Origin: a virus
Lineage: Duplodnaviria > Heunggongvirae > Uroviricota > Caudoviricetes
Strand: one strand, 5' to 3'
Length of the DNA stretch: 5,779 bases
Virus record (IMG/VR): IMGVR_UViG_2690316105_000008
The position numbers were made by a program, and so were the translations under genes. Positions within the stretch are counted from its first letter, which is position 1; each line of letters starts with the position of its first letter. Below the pieces are notes generated by a model. That model ran no database searches and was not told where the DNA came from. It worked only from the letters and a program-made list of their open reading frames with translations. Shown piece after piece: positions 1 through 5,779 of this stretch.

Positions 1-64
1 TAGTATTAAGACTATCACTTATTTAAGTGATACTGGTTGTCTGGAGATTCAGGGGGCCAGTCTA
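1..64. repeat. Left terminal inverted repeat (64 bp, perfect reverse-complement match to 5716-5779)
   Basis: Base-by-base comparison: reverse complement of 5716-5779 equals 1-64 exactly; the match breaks at position 65 vs 5715. In-frame TAG at 63-65 closes the terminase reading frame. Confidence 0.95.
13..32. repeat. Dyad-symmetric site inside left TIR: TATCACTTA-tt-TAAGTGATA (9-bp arms, 2-bp centre)
   Basis: Positions 13-21 are the reverse complement of 24-32; only the central TT breaks symmetry. Candidate dimeric-protein binding site or hairpin/cruciform; function not determinable from sequence. Confidence 0.7.
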
Positions 65-65
65 G

Positions 66-5407
<5,342 letters not shown>

Positions 5408-5408
5408 T

Positions 5409-5413
5409 AAGGA
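5409..5413 (+). promoter_or_regulatory. Shine-Dalgarno (AAGGA) for CDS 5421-5765
   Basis: AAGGA with 7-nt spacer to ATG 5421, immediately after the tandem stop codons. Confidence 0.55.
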
Positions 5414-5420
5414 TTAGATA

Positions 5421-5765
5421 ATGAGAGTATTTAAAGATACGCAGTGTGATGCGTTTCTAAATGCTTTCGGTCAGTCTATCCAAACTTGTACGGGAAGTAC
5501 TTTTACAGGAATAGTAGAAGTACTTCCCGTTTCTATTGAGGCGGCAGGTGGATTTATCGAAAGCGTGGAAACATACCTAACAATCAGAAAGGACGATCTA
5601 ATAACCGCAAACGTGGCAATTGGTACAGTACTAATCATTGATGGTGTAAACCAGACAATCTATAACATTGAAGATGATCTATCAGGTATGGTTAATTGCT
5701 ATTTCCGTACTTCTGTAGACTGGCCCCCTGAATCTCCAGACAACCAGTATCACTTAAATAAGTGA
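5421..5765 (+). CDS. Head-tail joining protein, lambda gpFII-like; C-terminal ~16 aa encoded by the right TIR
   Basis: 114-aa ORF with a good RBS. Colinear pattern similarity to lambda gpFII as recalled (DAFLNAFGQSI vs DAAIARADETI; YLTIRKDDL vs LFVRTDEVRQL; IDGVNQTIYNIEDDLSGMVNCYF vs IGEENFWVDRVSPDDGGSCHLWL). Lies downstream of the capsid gene as FII does in lambda-like head modules (FI absent). Confidence 0.55.
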   Translation: MRVFKDTQCDAFLNAFGQSIQTCTGSTFTGIVEVLPVSIEAAGGFIESVETYLTIRKDDLITANVAIGTVLIIDGVNQTIYNIEDDLSGMVNCYFRTSVDWPPESPDNQYHLNK

Positions 5766-5779
5766 TAGTCTTAATACTA
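5716..5779. repeat. Right terminal inverted repeat (partner of 1-64); overlaps the last ~16 codons and stop of the gpFII-like CDS
   Basis: Perfect 64-bp reverse-complement identity with 1-64; the CDS 5421-5765 stop codon TGA (5763-5765) lies inside it. Confidence 0.95.
5748..5767. repeat. Dyad-symmetric site inside right TIR (mirror copy of 13-32); overlaps the stop codon of the gpFII-like CDS
   Basis: Sequence tatcacttaaataagtgata is the reverse complement of 13-32. Confidence 0.7.

Overview
This 5,779-bp window is almost entirely coding on the + strand and carries a compact, lambda-like phage head-morphogenesis cassette bounded by a perfect 64-bp terminal inverted repeat (1-64 vs 5716-5779). 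In order, the genes are: (1) a 5'-truncated large terminase of the lambda gpA family, with Walker B, Zn-binding Cys/His cluster and nuclease domain present but no Walker A/P-loop; (2) a 176-aa protein whose C-terminal ~80 aa look gpW-like, preceded by an unusual ~95-aa N-terminal extension; (3) a lambda gpB-family portal; (4) a single 614-aa polypeptide fusing an HK97-type prohead protease, an acidic scaffold-like linker and an HK97-fold major capsid protein; (5) a gpFII-like head-tail joining protein. The left repeat cuts into the terminase reading frame and the right repeat encodes the last ~16 codons of the gpFII-like gene. Each repeat contains a 20-bp dyad-symmetric site. There is no small terminase, tail, lysis, replication, integrase/transposase, tRNA or CRISPR. 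The DNA is AT-rich (roughly 40% GC by eye) and strongly enriched for the palindrome AGTACT. Two readings fit and cannot be separated from sequence alone: a genuine TIR-bounded defective or satellite-like capsid cassette, or a foldback chimera from assembly or amplification. All homology calls are pattern-level recognition from memory, not computed alignments.
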